Of a DNA stretch of 64,000 nucleotides, positions 1-10,036 are shown piece by piece (the first letter of the stretch is position 1; the number at the start of each line of letters is the position of its first letter). Position numbers and translations under genes: made by a program. The stretch comes from a virus (taxonomy: Duplodnaviria > Caudoviricetes), in the IMG/VR virus record IMGVR_UViG_3300042545_000821, positions 36,770-100,769 of that record. One strand, 5' to 3'. The notes under the pieces are model-generated. The model was not told the origin of the DNA. It did no database searches and saw only the letters and a list, made by a program, of their open reading frames with translations.

Positions 1-70
1 TTAGGAAAAGAAACTTTGTACGAATTGTACTCAGCGCTAGATTCCCAAGGAAAAAATTTTCTAGGGCCAT
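1..70 (-). CDS. 5' fragment of next baseplate/tail gene (runs off window)
   Basis: ATG at 70 overlaps the stop of the upstream ORF (TAATG); frame open to the window edge (MALENFFPWESSAEY...). Confidence 0.55.
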   Translation of the reverse strand, partial: MALENFFLGNLALSTIRTKFLFL

Positions 71-351
71 TACTTAGCATATGGCATCCTTATTACTGTA
101 CCGGGTTCTATGGAAAAAGGGTCAGAAATTAGTTGATTAATCTCTAAAATTTGCCACCAATATTTAGAGTGACCTATGAAGTTTTTAGCAAGCTCTCCTA
201 ACGAGTCTCCGTCTTTCCATACGTAGTCAACATACTTATAGGTAACGTCGTCTGGAAAATTTCTAAATACGGCAATAGTGTATTCTTTTGTGTACTTATG
301 TTTAACCTGGGCAAGAGGTCCATCGTAATACCTAGATACTCTATCAATCAT
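70..351 (-). CDS. LysM/tail-X-like baseplate protein
   Basis: Y-x-W-KDGDSL...LA...WWQI...N...DPFSI.PGTVIRMP LysM-like pattern; lies after tape measure and hub genes. Confidence 0.75.
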   Translation of the reverse strand: MIDRVSRYYDGPLAQVKHKYTKEYTIAVFRNFPDDVTYKYVDYVWKDGDSLGELAKNFIGHSKYWWQILEINQLISDPFSIEPGTVIRMPYAK

Positions 352-2153
352 GGCGTTGTCGTCCCTGTGCTTGCAGTTTTACTTGCGTTTGGATCAACTT
401 CAGGTATTGCAGCATCTTCTTTGTTTTTAGCCTTTAAGAACTCATCAACAGCCGCACCTGATGGGTATCTCAAGAAACTAATGCTGACTACTGAAAGCAT
501 CGGCACCATTTTGTCGGTAAAGACAACGTGGTCTACTGATATGTTTTGTAAAGAGCCATAATATCGCATATTATCGTGAAGAACAAACCAAAGAGGTACG
601 CCGGTTATGTAACCTTTATCTGCAGACTCTCCATCATAGGTAAGCAAAGAGTTACCCTTCATATCTCTATTTCCATTAACAGATCTATATAAAAACTCAA
701 GGTCGTACTCAGTACCGCGCAGTAAAATGCCCTCAACTTCTTCTTTAGATAGCTGTCTAGGGTAGTTTCTTGAGTGTAATGTTGGCGCTGCTTTTAGTGG
801 CATTAACTCAGTCATATCGGCAATTCTATTTAAATACAAAGTAAAATTGACGGCAATATTTCCAGCAATAAGGTTTGCGGGGTCTTGAGTAGATAAGGTC
901 CAGTCAATAGAGGTATTCATAGGAATGCTATAGTTAATGCTTTGAGGGTTGTACATAAATTTAAAGCCAAAAATAGGTACTTTACCCTTTGTTTGAGTGG
1001 CTACGTTTAAAGATTCTGCAGCTCCTTGGCTTTGAAAAATACGGCCAAGGTTATTTCTACTATCTACAAATTGACTAAATACCGAGTTTGCTTTAAAGGT
1101 ATCAATAACAATGCTTTTATTTTCACGCATGGCAGTTTCGTAATCAGCGACACGTATTCCATGGGATATACCCCTAGACACATAATGTGCAGGTGGGTTG
1201 TACGTAATACTATCTGTGCTGGGTATAGTTAATCCACCCTCTGGTGGTTCAGGGGTAGGGGCTACTGGCTCTTCACAGTTTGCAGAATTAGCTTTAAGAA
1301 GCAATTGTTTAGCGTATTTCTCACTAGGTTGTTTTACAGGTGAGCCAACTAATGTTCCGGCCGTGTCAAATCTGTATAAAATCCAACTACTAGCTGTTCC
1401 CGCTGGGTAACCCGCAACCTGCGTAAATAGTATTTTTAAAGCTAACCATTGTTTTTTACACGCATCGTAAACTATGTTATATTGATAATCTGGCACATTA
1501 GGTTTTTCAGAGTAGTCATAGTACGAAGTTCTAGTTCCTGCTAGAGGGGGGCTTGGGACTGCCCACGTAGTTCCAGGAAACATAGCATCAATAATTAATT
1601 TAAAAGGTTTAGTTGGCTTAGTTGCTGCGACAGTAAAGTTAACAGCTGGTACTTTTCCTTTACGGTCATAATTAACGGCATCAGCGGGCAGCGGCGTAGA
1701 TGATCCAACCTTAACACTTATTACTGGCTTAGCAGTAGTCTGTACGTCAGAAGTAACATTAAACCAAAATACTGTGCCAGAACCTCCACCTACGTTTCGT
1801 TCTGGTTCTTGTTTTATTCCAGTTATTTTTCCCTTAAAATTTGCGTTGGCAGTTGCAGTTACGTTAACGCCACCTTCTTCGTTATCGCCAAGAAAATTAA
1901 TAGCCAATTGGTTGCCTTGTTGGGGAGTTCTTTTATAGACCCTAATTCTATATTGAACAGTATTTCGTGTGTTTACCTGTTTTCCATCAGAAGGTATTAA
2001 AACCCACTCATTACTATAATAAAAGTCAACTGTTTCTCGGCCACCAGATGCCGTTGAGTTTGAGCCTGCTGCAGAAACAGAGTAGGTTATAGGACTTATA
2101 TCTGAGTACTCATACGCTTGAACTGTGTAATAAAAGTCAGCTGCTGAAGTCAT
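348..2153 (-). CDS. baseplate hub / tail tube initiator-like protein
   Basis: 601 aa directly after the tape measure; C-terminal F.FMYNP.SI...Y.G.LQNISVDH..F pattern typical of contractile-tail tube initiators. Confidence 0.55.
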   Translation of the reverse strand: MTSAADFYYTVQAYEYSDISPITYSVSAAGSNSTASGGRETVDFYYSNEWVLIPSDGKQVNTRNTVQYRIRVYKRTPQQGNQLAINFLGDNEEGGVNVTATANANFKGKITGIKQEPERNVGGGSGTVFWFNVTSDVQTTAKPVISVKVGSSTPLPADAVNYDRKGKVPAVNFTVAATKPTKPFKLIIDAMFPGTTWAVPSPPLAGTRTSYYDYSEKPNVPDYQYNIVYDACKKQWLALKILFTQVAGYPAGTASSWILYRFDTAGTLVGSPVKQPSEKYAKQLLLKANSANCEEPVAPTPEPPEGGLTIPSTDSITYNPPAHYVSRGISHGIRVADYETAMRENKSIVIDTFKANSVFSQFVDSRNNLGRIFQSQGAAESLNVATQTKGKVPIFGFKFMYNPQSINYSIPMNTSIDWTLSTQDPANLIAGNIAVNFTLYLNRIADMTELMPLKAAPTLHSRNYPRQLSKEEVEGILLRGTEYDLEFLYRSVNGNRDMKGNSLLTYDGESADKGYITGVPLWFVLHDNMRYYGSLQNISVDHVVFTDKMVPMLSVVSISFLRYPSGAAVDEFLKAKNKEDAAIPEVDPNASKTASTGTTTP

Positions 2154-5100
2154 TAGTATGTCCCTATTCCATTTAAGCGTAGTTCGTCTTCTAGCACTTT
2201 TTTAAATTTCCTAACCATAGCCTCAGCTTCAGCATTACTTGCTTGGGCTATTTGAACATGCATTGTTACGTTTATGTCTTGCTTTGAGGCTGTAGAGAAG
2301 CTAGACGTACTACGTGAGCTGTTAACAGCTTGTGCGCCAGTGGTTGCCCCAAGAGACATAGACTGCGCAGATCCAATATTCTCAGACCCACCAATACCAT
2401 TGTCTGCCCCACCAATACCTGCAGCTTTCTGTGTTGTTGCGGCATCATCTAAGAACTTAGTAAACGTGCCGCTAGTAAAGGTTGTCCAACCTTTCCAATG
2501 CTTTCCTTGGTTACTTTTTTCATAGCCAGCGGCAATATTATACTCTGCATTTTTTAATCTACTGCCGTCACGATAAGGGTCGTTATAAGCTTTCCAATCT
2601 TTTAAAGATCTAATTTGGAAAGCACCGTAGCTAGGGCCCCATTTTTTAGACACTAAATGCTTATCACCAACCGCGTCTGCCCTACCACCAGACTCAGCCA
2701 AAGCAACAGCAAAAGCAGTTTGAAGTGCCGCCCCTCGGAAACCTTGTGCATGAAGCATTCTCATTAACCCTTTGCGGCTTCCCCCGGTCATGCCGGCGCT
2801 ATCTCCTGAAACTGGGTTCTCTTCTGAGTTAAAGATTGCTGTTCCTCGTTTTTTACCTAAACCTACTTTACCGCCGCCCTTATCTAGGTAACTATTAACG
2901 TCGTCCCAACCTACCGGACTTCCAGAACTTATTTTGCTTTTTACTAAGGCGCCTAGCTCAGCGGAGTTTAGGTCAGATATTGAATTAAATGTAAAAGGCC
3001 TTCCGCTTCCCGATACATCTGAGTAAGGTAGCTCTTTATTAAATACCCTATTAATTACGCGCTTACCTATGTTAATTCCGCTAGTAACCATATTTTTAAT
3101 AAATTGAAATGCTTTGCCAAAGAATGATCTAGGGTCTTTTCTTCCTTGAGCACCTACACCACCATGGTCTCTAACCTCAAAGTGAAGGTGGGGACCAGTT
3201 GAGGTTCCTGCTCCTGAAGAGCCTTTAGCTCCACCAGACTTTGCAACTTCTTGCCCGCTAGTAACTTTGTCGCCTTTTTTAACAAGAATTTTACTAAGGT
3301 GAGCGTACATAGTTGACTTGCCGCCAGCATGTTTAATAATTAAATATCGTCCGTATTGACGGTGCATTCCTGTTTCAGAAACTGTTCCATCACCTGCAGC
3401 AGCAATAGATGTTCCTACAGGTACGCCGTAGTCAATACCTGAGTGGTTTGAACTAATTCCTGGGTTTCTTTTAGCTGCATCCGGTCTAGGACCATAAGGA
3501 GAAGTTACTTTTGTTCCAGGAGGAACAGGCATTTGTAGAATATTTCCTTTTGGTTTTACAGCAGTTGACGCAACGCTCCCACTTGTTGGCATTTCTGGGC
3601 CACCCATTCCGTGAGAACAGCCCATTGATCCGTGGGAACAACCTCCGTCCCCACCTCCCATGCCTCCGTCTTTAACGCCACCAGTTGCTAAGTTTCCAAC
3701 TCCACCTGCAGCCATTCCTGCAAATGCTCCCGGAACTCCACCAGCAGCTAATCCCGTAAGTCCGCCTTGACCAATATCAAATGCCATGTTGCCAAGCCAT
3801 TTAGCCCAACCAGGTAACTTATTACCTTTTTTATTTAACCACTGCTGTGCTTTTTCCAGTCCCGTGTAGATACCTGCAGCTAATCCAACACGCCCAAACT
3901 TTGCTGCTTTAGATCCTTTGGCAAGAATGCCAGTAGCTTTAAATTTACCTTTACCGGTAAGCATACTCATTAGACCTGCTCCAAGCCCTGTTGCCCCAGC
4001 AGCACCCGCAGCACCCGCACCACCACCACCAGCTGCAGCTGCAGCAGCGCCTGGCCCAATAATTCCAACACGTTTTGCTAAATTAGCGGCTAATAACATT
4101 TGACCTATGTTGGCTGCGCCGCCGGCTGCCATACCACCAAGATTAGATAGTGTTGCGCCAGTATTACCCGCCCCAGGAAAAGTTTGAAGGGCTCCTTTAA
4201 AAGTCATAAGTGCTTGAGTGACTGAGGGAAGAGCTTCAGCAAGAGAGCTAAATCCATCATTTACAGAGGCAGTAGTTCTAAGGGCTACGTTATAGCCGCC
4301 TACTAAACCAGATTCTGTAGCTTGTAACTTTCTAGCTTCGCTACTATTGTATCTAAACTGTGATCTAATAGGGCTGTCTTTAGCTACACCCATTAAATCT
4401 AATGCTTTATTTGAATTGTTTAGGTCGCCTTTTTTTAATCCCCCACCTTTTGACGCACGAGCAACAATTCCTGCTTGCAATATTCCTAGAAGATTAGGAT
4501 CTCCACCAGCAACAGCCATAAGAGATTGATATCCCTTACTGTTTGGGTTATAGACCATCTGCGCTTGTTCTGCGGTTATTTTCCTACCGCCATATAAAAA
4601 GTTATAGGTATCATTAATAACTTGATTCATTGGTCTTTGATTGCCTTTTGAATCACGAGTTCTTACGCCCATACGTAAGAAACTCATGCCATTCATACCA
4701 GCAATAGCGCCAGCTACTTGCTCGTTTGAGCCTCCGCTTATAGCGCTAAGTCCACCAACTTGACTCATAACGTTTTTAGAGCTTAAACTATTCGCTAAAT
4801 ATCCGCCTTGATACGCAAGAGCTGTGGCAGCCATAGTAGGGCCCATAGCGCTTGTAGCACCGTTTCCTACTTGTTTATTTGCAAGACCAAGAGCTTTACG
4901 TGTAGACATCCCACTTCTACCCGCGTAAGTATCCAACGCCATTCTCTGGGTAACAGCTGCCATAGTATCTGGGGCCATTGAGTACGCCAGACCACCAACA
5001 GCAGCTGTTGCTAAAGCAGCGCCGCCAACAATTTTTTCGGTGCGAGTAAAGCTGCCTAGGCCAAGTTTTTGACTTCCATCATATTTTCCACCAGTAGCGG

Positions 5101-5266
5101 CAGACATAGCTTTAGCGGCTTTTTCAAAATTTTTGGCAAATTTTTCAGACATGTCAACTAACGTCTTCATATCTTTTATAAAGCCTTTACCGGCTTTATC
5201 CATCTTACTTGTGGTGCCCGCAGCCTTTTTTTCGTCGTCAGGGGTCACCAGGTTTTGACCTGCCAT
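2153..5266 (-). CDS. tape measure protein with M23 peptidase and lysozyme-like (SLT) domains
   Basis: 1037 aa, Ala/Gly-rich; HSGIDY...YAHL...GPHLHFEVR (M23) and AVALAESGG...SYGAFQI (transglycosylase); follows tube and chaperone. Confidence 0.9.
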   Translation of the reverse strand: MAGQNLVTPDDEKKAAGTTSKMDKAGKGFIKDMKTLVDMSEKFAKNFEKAAKAMSAATGGKYDGSQKLGLGSFTRTEKIVGGAALATAAVGGLAYSMAPDTMAAVTQRMALDTYAGRSGMSTRKALGLANKQVGNGATSAMGPTMAATALAYQGGYLANSLSSKNVMSQVGGLSAISGGSNEQVAGAIAGMNGMSFLRMGVRTRDSKGNQRPMNQVINDTYNFLYGGRKITAEQAQMVYNPNSKGYQSLMAVAGGDPNLLGILQAGIVARASKGGGLKKGDLNNSNKALDLMGVAKDSPIRSQFRYNSSEARKLQATESGLVGGYNVALRTTASVNDGFSSLAEALPSVTQALMTFKGALQTFPGAGNTGATLSNLGGMAAGGAANIGQMLLAANLAKRVGIIGPGAAAAAAGGGGAGAAGAAGATGLGAGLMSMLTGKGKFKATGILAKGSKAAKFGRVGLAAGIYTGLEKAQQWLNKKGNKLPGWAKWLGNMAFDIGQGGLTGLAAGGVPGAFAGMAAGGVGNLATGGVKDGGMGGGDGGCSHGSMGCSHGMGGPEMPTSGSVASTAVKPKGNILQMPVPPGTKVTSPYGPRPDAAKRNPGISSNHSGIDYGVPVGTSIAAAGDGTVSETGMHRQYGRYLIIKHAGGKSTMYAHLSKILVKKGDKVTSGQEVAKSGGAKGSSGAGTSTGPHLHFEVRDHGGVGAQGRKDPRSFFGKAFQFIKNMVTSGINIGKRVINRVFNKELPYSDVSGSGRPFTFNSISDLNSAELGALVKSKISSGSPVGWDDVNSYLDKGGGKVGLGKKRGTAIFNSEENPVSGDSAGMTGGSRKGLMRMLHAQGFRGAALQTAFAVALAESGGRADAVGDKHLVSKKWGPSYGAFQIRSLKDWKAYNDPYRDGSRLKNAEYNIAAGYEKSNQGKHWKGWTTFTSGTFTKFLDDAATTQKAAGIGGADNGIGGSENIGSAQSMSLGATTGAQAVNSSRSTSSFSTASKQDINVTMHVQIAQASNAEAEAMVRKFKKVLEDELRLNGIGTY

Positions 5267-5268
5267 AT

Positions 5269-5427
5269 TTATCTCACCGCCTTAGGTTTCATTGCAGCTT
5301 TACTTAACCAAACCATTCTTTCTCTAAAAGAGAGGGAACGAATATCTGTTAACGTCCATCCTGGATAGTGCTGGGATATAAGATCGTAGCTATCTAGTAG
5401 TACGTCGTAACTTGATTCATTCTCGAA
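5269..5427 (-). CDS. tail assembly chaperone frameshift extension (G-T type), no own start codon
   Basis: Open +1 frame FENESSYDVLLDSYDLISQHYPGWTLTDIRSLSFRERMVWL...* fills the chaperone-TMP gap; begins at TTT CGA near the end of the chaperone. Confidence 0.7.
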   Translation of the reverse strand, partial: FENESSYDVLLDSYDLISQHYPGWTLTDIRSLSFRERMVWLSKAAMKPKAVR

Positions 5428-6232
5428 ACAAATCCGCTAACGTTAGCGGTAGCGACACCTCCTGCTCGCAACTTGAGCATGTTTTTTTAATCTCGCTTAG
5501 TTGTGGGCCAGGGTTGCGATTAGTTATTTCTTCAAGCAATGTTCGTCGATCTTTAATGCTTAAATCACGGATCTGTTGTACGCTCATTACTGGAACCCCA
5601 TTAATAGAAGCTATGCAGCCTTTGAGCAAGATAGTATCTAACTCAGCTGAGTTCTTATTAGTAGCGTTAACTAGTGCTTTTTGGGTTATTCCTGTAGGGA
5701 GGTTTAAGACTATTGTTCCAACCTTACAAGTAACTGTAAACTCTCGGTCTTCTTCATTTAACTTTTTAATTTCAACATCTTTTTCAAGGTCAATTTCAAA
5801 AGTCTTTGCTTCGCCACAACTAGGGCACATTGGGCCAACTTTTACGTCTGGGCCAAATGTAGCAATTCGAATAGCTAACAAAATCATTTCTCGATCTCCC
5901 GCAAGAAGAGAGTCTAAAGTCTCTTTGTCAGCAGGCTTATCGCCAATTTTTACTGTTGCTTTTTCTAGAATAGCTAGGAGCCCTTTACCAGCATCTGTAA
6001 TTCTGGCAAGTTGTTCCTCGTCTGCTCCAGTTAATTCTCTAATCTCTACCGTGGTAGTTAGACCATCAAAAGGGTCAAATAATCCACCTGGTAGTTCTAC
6101 CTGAGTATCAGGAGGTGATGGGATTTCTGTTTTTGACGCAGCTACCACCACCTCCTGCTCAGATAAAGCCTGGTTTACAAGCTTATTAGCAAGGGTTGGG
6201 TCGGATGATGCACTGATAGTTTCTGTAGACAT
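5417..6232 (-). CDS. tail assembly chaperone / baseplate hub assembly protein
   Basis: IRELTGADEE, LLAGDR..ILLAIR..TFG, CPSC and CSSC Zn knuckles; between tube and TMP. Confidence 0.75.
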   Translation of the reverse strand: MSTETISASSDPTLANKLVNQALSEQEVVVAASKTEIPSPPDTQVELPGGLFDPFDGLTTTVEIRELTGADEEQLARITDAGKGLLAILEKATVKIGDKPADKETLDSLLAGDREMILLAIRIATFGPDVKVGPMCPSCGEAKTFEIDLEKDVEIKKLNEEDREFTVTCKVGTIVLNLPTGITQKALVNATNKNSAELDTILLKGCIASINGVPVMSVQQIRDLSIKDRRTLLEEITNRNPGPQLSEIKKTCSSCEQEVSLPLTLADLFRE

Positions 6233-6253
6233 ATAGTTTTCCTATTCCTTTAA

Positions 6254-6889
6254 TTAAGAACCAAAGGTTCCGTTTGCGTTGAATTTCTTAGCTGAACCGC
6301 TTTCTGTGTAGTTTGACGCAAAAGTAACGTCAAACCCTTCATGAACTAGAGTCATTTCTTCAACCATAAGAGTTGAAGATCCTGCGTCTAGGTTGCTGTA
6401 TCCAAGAGAGGTAATCCATGCATTGTGTACACGAAAACGCATAGAAGCATGCTGATCGTATGCTGTTGCTGCTGCTGCAGTACTAGCAGATCCAGCGTAT
6501 GCTGCTGGGTTTGGATGGCTCAATACTGCGATATCAATATCGCAACGGAAGTTAGCACCAATGCCGCTTGTAGCATTTGGTGTTAGTACTGAAAATAGAC
6601 GGCGCATCCACTTAGCGTGAGCATCATTTCCCAACATTACGCCCTTTGAAAGGCTAATTGGTCCAAATGAGCTTTGGCCAGGGATCTGGTGCACGTTTGT
6701 GTTGTAGCCGCCTTCGCGGTATGCGATTGACTCTGTTGTAACGCTTAGGCCGGAGAGTGAAACAAACCCCATTTTTCCAAATGAAGTCCCCCACTTACCG
6801 TCAGCGCTTTCTGGCAGAAACTCAACCACAAACTTAAAATTACGTACTGGATCTGTTGCCAGAGTACTTAAGGGGTTAGTATAACTCAT
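6254..6889 (-). CDS. tail tube protein (T4 gp19-like)
   Basis: DPVRNFKF.VE, SGLSVTTE.IAYREGG, ISLSKG, NAW....SNLDA...VEEMTLVHEG. Confidence 0.92.
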   Translation of the reverse strand: MSYTNPLSTLATDPVRNFKFVVEFLPESADGKWGTSFGKMGFVSLSGLSVTTESIAYREGGYNTNVHQIPGQSSFGPISLSKGVMLGNDAHAKWMRRLFSVLTPNATSGIGANFRCDIDIAVLSHPNPAAYAGSASTAAAATAYDQHASMRFRVHNAWITSLGYSNLDAGSSTLMVEEMTLVHEGFDVTFASNYTESGSAKKFNANGTFGS

Positions 6890-6903
6890 TTCTTTTTATC
6901 TCC

Positions 6904-8469
6904 TTACGCCGTAGCGTTTCCTGTTAGCTGACCAAGTTTGATGACAATAAACTCTGCTGGGTACTCTAGGGCTACGCCAATTTCAATATTAACGCGACCT
7001 GAAGTAAGGTCAGAGGCACTGTTTGTTGATGCATCGCATCGTACATAGAAAGCCTTATCTGGGCTTGACCCACGAAGTCCACCCTGTTGCCAGTATGAAC
7101 GTAGGAAAGAGCCAAGAGTTACACGAAGCTGAGACCATAGACGTTCGTCATTGTTCTCAAAAATCGCAAATGAGCTTCTATCTGTCATTTCTTTCTTGAT
7201 GTATATGAGGGAGCGACGTACGTTAATGTAGCGGTCTCCCGGGGTGTTATTCATTGTACGTCCGCCCATTACAACAATTCCGGCACCAGGTACTTGACGG
7301 ATTACGTTAATTGGACGTGATGAGACGTTCAAAGCGTCTAGTTGAGCATTAGTCAATTGACGTTCTGCAGATACTGCAAGAGCTACGCGGTTTGTATAAC
7401 CAGCTGGGGTCTTGAATACTCCACGAGAAGCGTCAGTTGCTAAATACTGGCCTACCATCGCTGCACCAGGTGCTTGATTGCGAGTTGCAGTAGATGAGGC
7501 ACGAAGTGTGTCTGGAATTGCTACCCATGGGTAGTAGACCGCGGCACATCCACCATCAGATGCGGCAATAAATGCTGCAGTTACGTCGTTTGCGTATGTT
7601 TGAGCCTCAGTTGGGTTAAGGCCTGCTGGGGTATCTACAACTGCAAACGCATCTCCACGACCTTCGCAGTAAGCTACAAGATCTGACTGAATGTTAATAG
7701 AGAGTGTTCGCTCAGTAGTAGTTCCTGCAGTATTGTACAGGTAGGCAGCTTCTGGTACGTTAAATATCAGAGGATTTTCAATTGGATCAAATGTCTCAAG
7801 AGCTGTAGAGTACTCAGTTCTTGTTGGTGCAGATCCGTTAAGGCCTGATATAAGAGTTTTTACTCCGTCAACCTTAGGCATATCGTCCGGAGATACAGAA
7901 GCTGAGTTTAGATCAGAAACTATAATAACGCTAGACTGTGAGTTAATTACTGATACGACATAACGTGGGTCAGTAGTAACCATGCTTAAATCTGTATACT
8001 GCTCAAGAATATTAGAGGTTGCGTTTCCACCAATAGTTGGAGCCCCATATACTACAAGAGAGAACCGATTTACCGATCCCGCAGCTTTTATTTCTACAGA
8101 TATAGAATTTCCCCAAGTACCAGCGTTTGCAGCTTTTACTAGAAGGGTGTTTAGGGGGGTAGCCGCACGATCAGTCAAGGTTACTTGAGCTTGTGCAGCA
8201 CCTGTTCCTACTACACGCTTTACGTATAGTTGACGGCCGCCATTAGCAAAAAAGTTATAGGCAGCCCAAGTTGTTGAATAGGCGTCTTCTAAAGCTCCAA
8301 AAGTCTTGGTAAAATCTGTCCAAGAATTTAGAAGAACAGGGTTAACTGAAGGTCCTTTTGATAATGGACCCACAAATGCTCCAATAGCGTTTCCGCTATC
8401 TGCAAGAGTTACTGCCTGTGGAAGTTCAACTTCCTGAATGAAAACGCCAGGTCTACTGTATGTAGCCAT
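6904..8469 (-). CDS. contractile tail sheath protein
   Basis: Y.RPGVFIQE, FFANGG, YYPW, RGVFKTPAG, YINVRR, FENND..LW, PAEFI. Confidence 0.95.
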   Translation of the reverse strand: MATYSRPGVFIQEVELPQAVTLADSGNAIGAFVGPLSKGPSVNPVLLNSWTDFTKTFGALEDAYSTTWAAYNFFANGGRQLYVKRVVGTGAAQAQVTLTDRAATPLNTLLVKAANAGTWGNSISVEIKAAGSVNRFSLVVYGAPTIGGNATSNILEQYTDLSMVTTDPRYVVSVINSQSSVIIVSDLNSASVSPDDMPKVDGVKTLISGLNGSAPTRTEYSTALETFDPIENPLIFNVPEAAYLYNTAGTTTERTLSINIQSDLVAYCEGRGDAFAVVDTPAGLNPTEAQTYANDVTAAFIAASDGGCAAVYYPWVAIPDTLRASSTATRNQAPGAAMVGQYLATDASRGVFKTPAGYTNRVALAVSAERQLTNAQLDALNVSSRPINVIRQVPGAGIVVMGGRTMNNTPGDRYINVRRSLIYIKKEMTDRSSFAIFENNDERLWSQLRVTLGSFLRSYWQQGGLRGSSPDKAFYVRCDASTNSASDLTSGRVNIEIGVALEYPAEFIVIKLGQLTGNATA

Positions 8470-8517
8470 TCGGTTTTACTCCTTAATATGTTAGGTTGTT
8501 TACTGTGGGTTCCGAGT

Positions 8518-9117
8518 TTATTGACTGATTGGTGTGAAATCTGTAAATTGCTCTTGTAGTGTGATGTTTGGTGGTGTTAGCACTTCGTATAGCTGTACAA
8601 GCTGAGCTGGGAGGAACTCCGAGCTAACCTGGACGTTGTAGATATTTTTAAACAAGCGCTTGTCTTGTTCAGTCGTATCTCGTTTTACAAACCCCATCAT
8701 ATCTATCCTGCGTACAGTGCCATCTTCAGGAATTACTAGGAGTCCAAATCTTAACGGTAATCTCGTTGGAGCAAATAAAGCATTTATAATTTGTCGATCA
8801 TGTCTAGGTTGACGAGCATATGTAGTTATTTGATAGTCTAAATTTACTGGTATTGGGTACCAGGTTGCGTAATCTACGTTTGCACTACCACCTTCAGGAG
8901 TATACGGCAAATCTATGTAACCTCTATGAGCCCTGTCTAGCGACTCAGCAATTCCTACAAGATCGATTGTAATATATGGGTAGCTCTGCTGACGGATTTC
9001 ATTATCTGGTTGTCCAAACCACACCCCTACAGGGCGAGTTGCGTTACCAGAGTCAGAAACAGTAATGCCGCTTATTAAAGTTTTTAACGCCTTATCTTCA
9101 TTAATAATATAGGGCAT
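8518..9117 (-). CDS. tail completion / sheath terminator-like protein
   Basis: Immediately upstream of sheath; YPYITIDL...PVNLDYQITTYAR. Confidence 0.6.
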   Translation of the reverse strand: MPYIINEDKALKTLISGITVSDSGNATRPVGVWFGQPDNEIRQQSYPYITIDLVGIAESLDRAHRGYIDLPYTPEGGSANVDYATWYPIPVNLDYQITTYARQPRHDRQIINALFAPTRLPLRFGLLVIPEDGTVRRIDMMGFVKRDTTEQDKRLFKNIYNVQVSSEFLPAQLVQLYEVLTPPNITLQEQFTDFTPISQ

Positions 9118-9443
9118 TACATTATCCCCGCTTCCATAAGTTTATCGAACCACTCGTCGCCAAGATCTGGTTCCATTCCACGAATGAAGTCTCTAATAAC
9201 TGGATTTGGGGGAGTAGAGTCAGTACCGTATTCAAGGTCAATTACCTGACCATCTATAGCTTTAGGGTACTTTACAGACCACTTGCCATCGGCTCTATCA
9301 TTAGAAACAGATAGTTGCATGACAACGGCAATAGGCCATCCAGCCTGTTGTGCATATTGTCTAAGGTTAGCGGTTAATACTACTGCTTCTTTAACTGCTG
9401 CTTTTGCGTAAGAATCTAAGAGGACTTTAGTTACTGAGTTCAC
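9117..9443 (-). CDS. putative neck/tail completion protein
   Basis: DLEYGT...PPNPVIRDF motif; coupled to the downstream gene. Confidence 0.5.
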   Translation of the reverse strand: MNSVTKVLLDSYAKAAVKEAVVLTANLRQYAQQAGWPIAVVMQLSVSNDRADGKWSVKYPKAIDGQVIDLEYGTDSTPPNPVIRDFIRGMEPDLGDEWFDKLMEAGIM

Positions 9444-9601
9444 TTCTTCTTAACCGCCGCAGTCAATACATACCCCGCAACAAATCCAGCTAAGAATCTC
9501 TTCTTACCCTTTTTGTCGTCAAAAGCTGTAAGGCCGCGAACGAACTCTACTCGGTCTGCATCAGACTGAGCTTGGTATAGCCGTTTGGCTAGAAGTATCA
9601 T
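9440..9601 (-). CDS. small hypothetical protein (53 aa, not in ORF track)
   Basis: GGAGG RBS; MILLAKRLYQAQSDADRVEFVRG...; stop overlaps the next start (GTGA). Confidence 0.65.
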   Translation of the reverse strand: MILLAKRLYQAQSDADRVEFVRGLTAFDDKKGKKRFLAGFVAGYVLTAAVKKK

Positions 9602-9679
9602 AGTAAATCCTCCAATAGAAGGCGCAGGTTAAGCAGCAGGGTTCCGGGTTTCCCCGGCGTCACTTCAAAGGATAAATGA

Positions 9680-9702
9680 AAAAGGCCCCTTTCGGGGCCT
9701 AA
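9680..9702 (-). terminator. rho-independent terminator
   Basis: AGGCCCC-GAAA-GGGGCCT followed by a T run on the minus strand. Confidence 0.7.
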
Positions 9703-9731
9703 GTCATTATTTTTTTTAATAATTTTGGGGT

Positions 9732-9875
9732 TTACATGCCCTTTTTTCTGACCATATTGGACTTCTTAGCCTTACTTTTAGAGTCCTTCTTTTTGTCATA
9801 TTTTTTATTTGCGGCTTCTATAGTCTTTTGGCCATGCTTATTCTTAGGCATTCCGCAGCCACAAGTAGAGCACAT
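9732..9875 (-). CDS. small Lys-rich protein with CxxCGC (47 aa, not in ORF track)
   Basis: MCSTCGCGMPKNKHG...; TAATG coupling. Confidence 0.65.
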   Translation of the reverse strand: MCSTCGCGMPKNKHGQKTIEAANKKYDKKKDSKSKAKKSNMVRKKGM

Positions 9876-10036
9876 TACTTCTTCTTCTTTCGTAGGGCGG
9901 CAAAGTCAGATCCCTCTAGCTTGCCATCTTTGTCCGCGTCAAGCTTCTTCTGCTTAGGGGACATCTTCTTTGCAGACTTCTTTGCAGTCTTTTTGCACTT
10001 ACCTTTACAGCCTGGCTTTCCGCATACTTTACACAT
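9875..10036 (-). CDS. small Lys-rich protein with Cys cluster and EF-hand-like loop (53 aa, not in ORF track)
   Basis: MCKVCGKPGCKGKCKK...LDADKDGKLEGSDF; TAATG coupling. Confidence 0.65.
   Translation of the reverse strand: MCKVCGKPGCKGKCKKTAKKSAKKMSPKQKKLDADKDGKLEGSDFAALRKKKK

Noticed and set aside
5412-6104. 230-aa plus-strand ORF (and similar antisense ORFs such as 9970-10560)
   Set aside because: Fully antisense to well-supported genes; no RBS or motifs.
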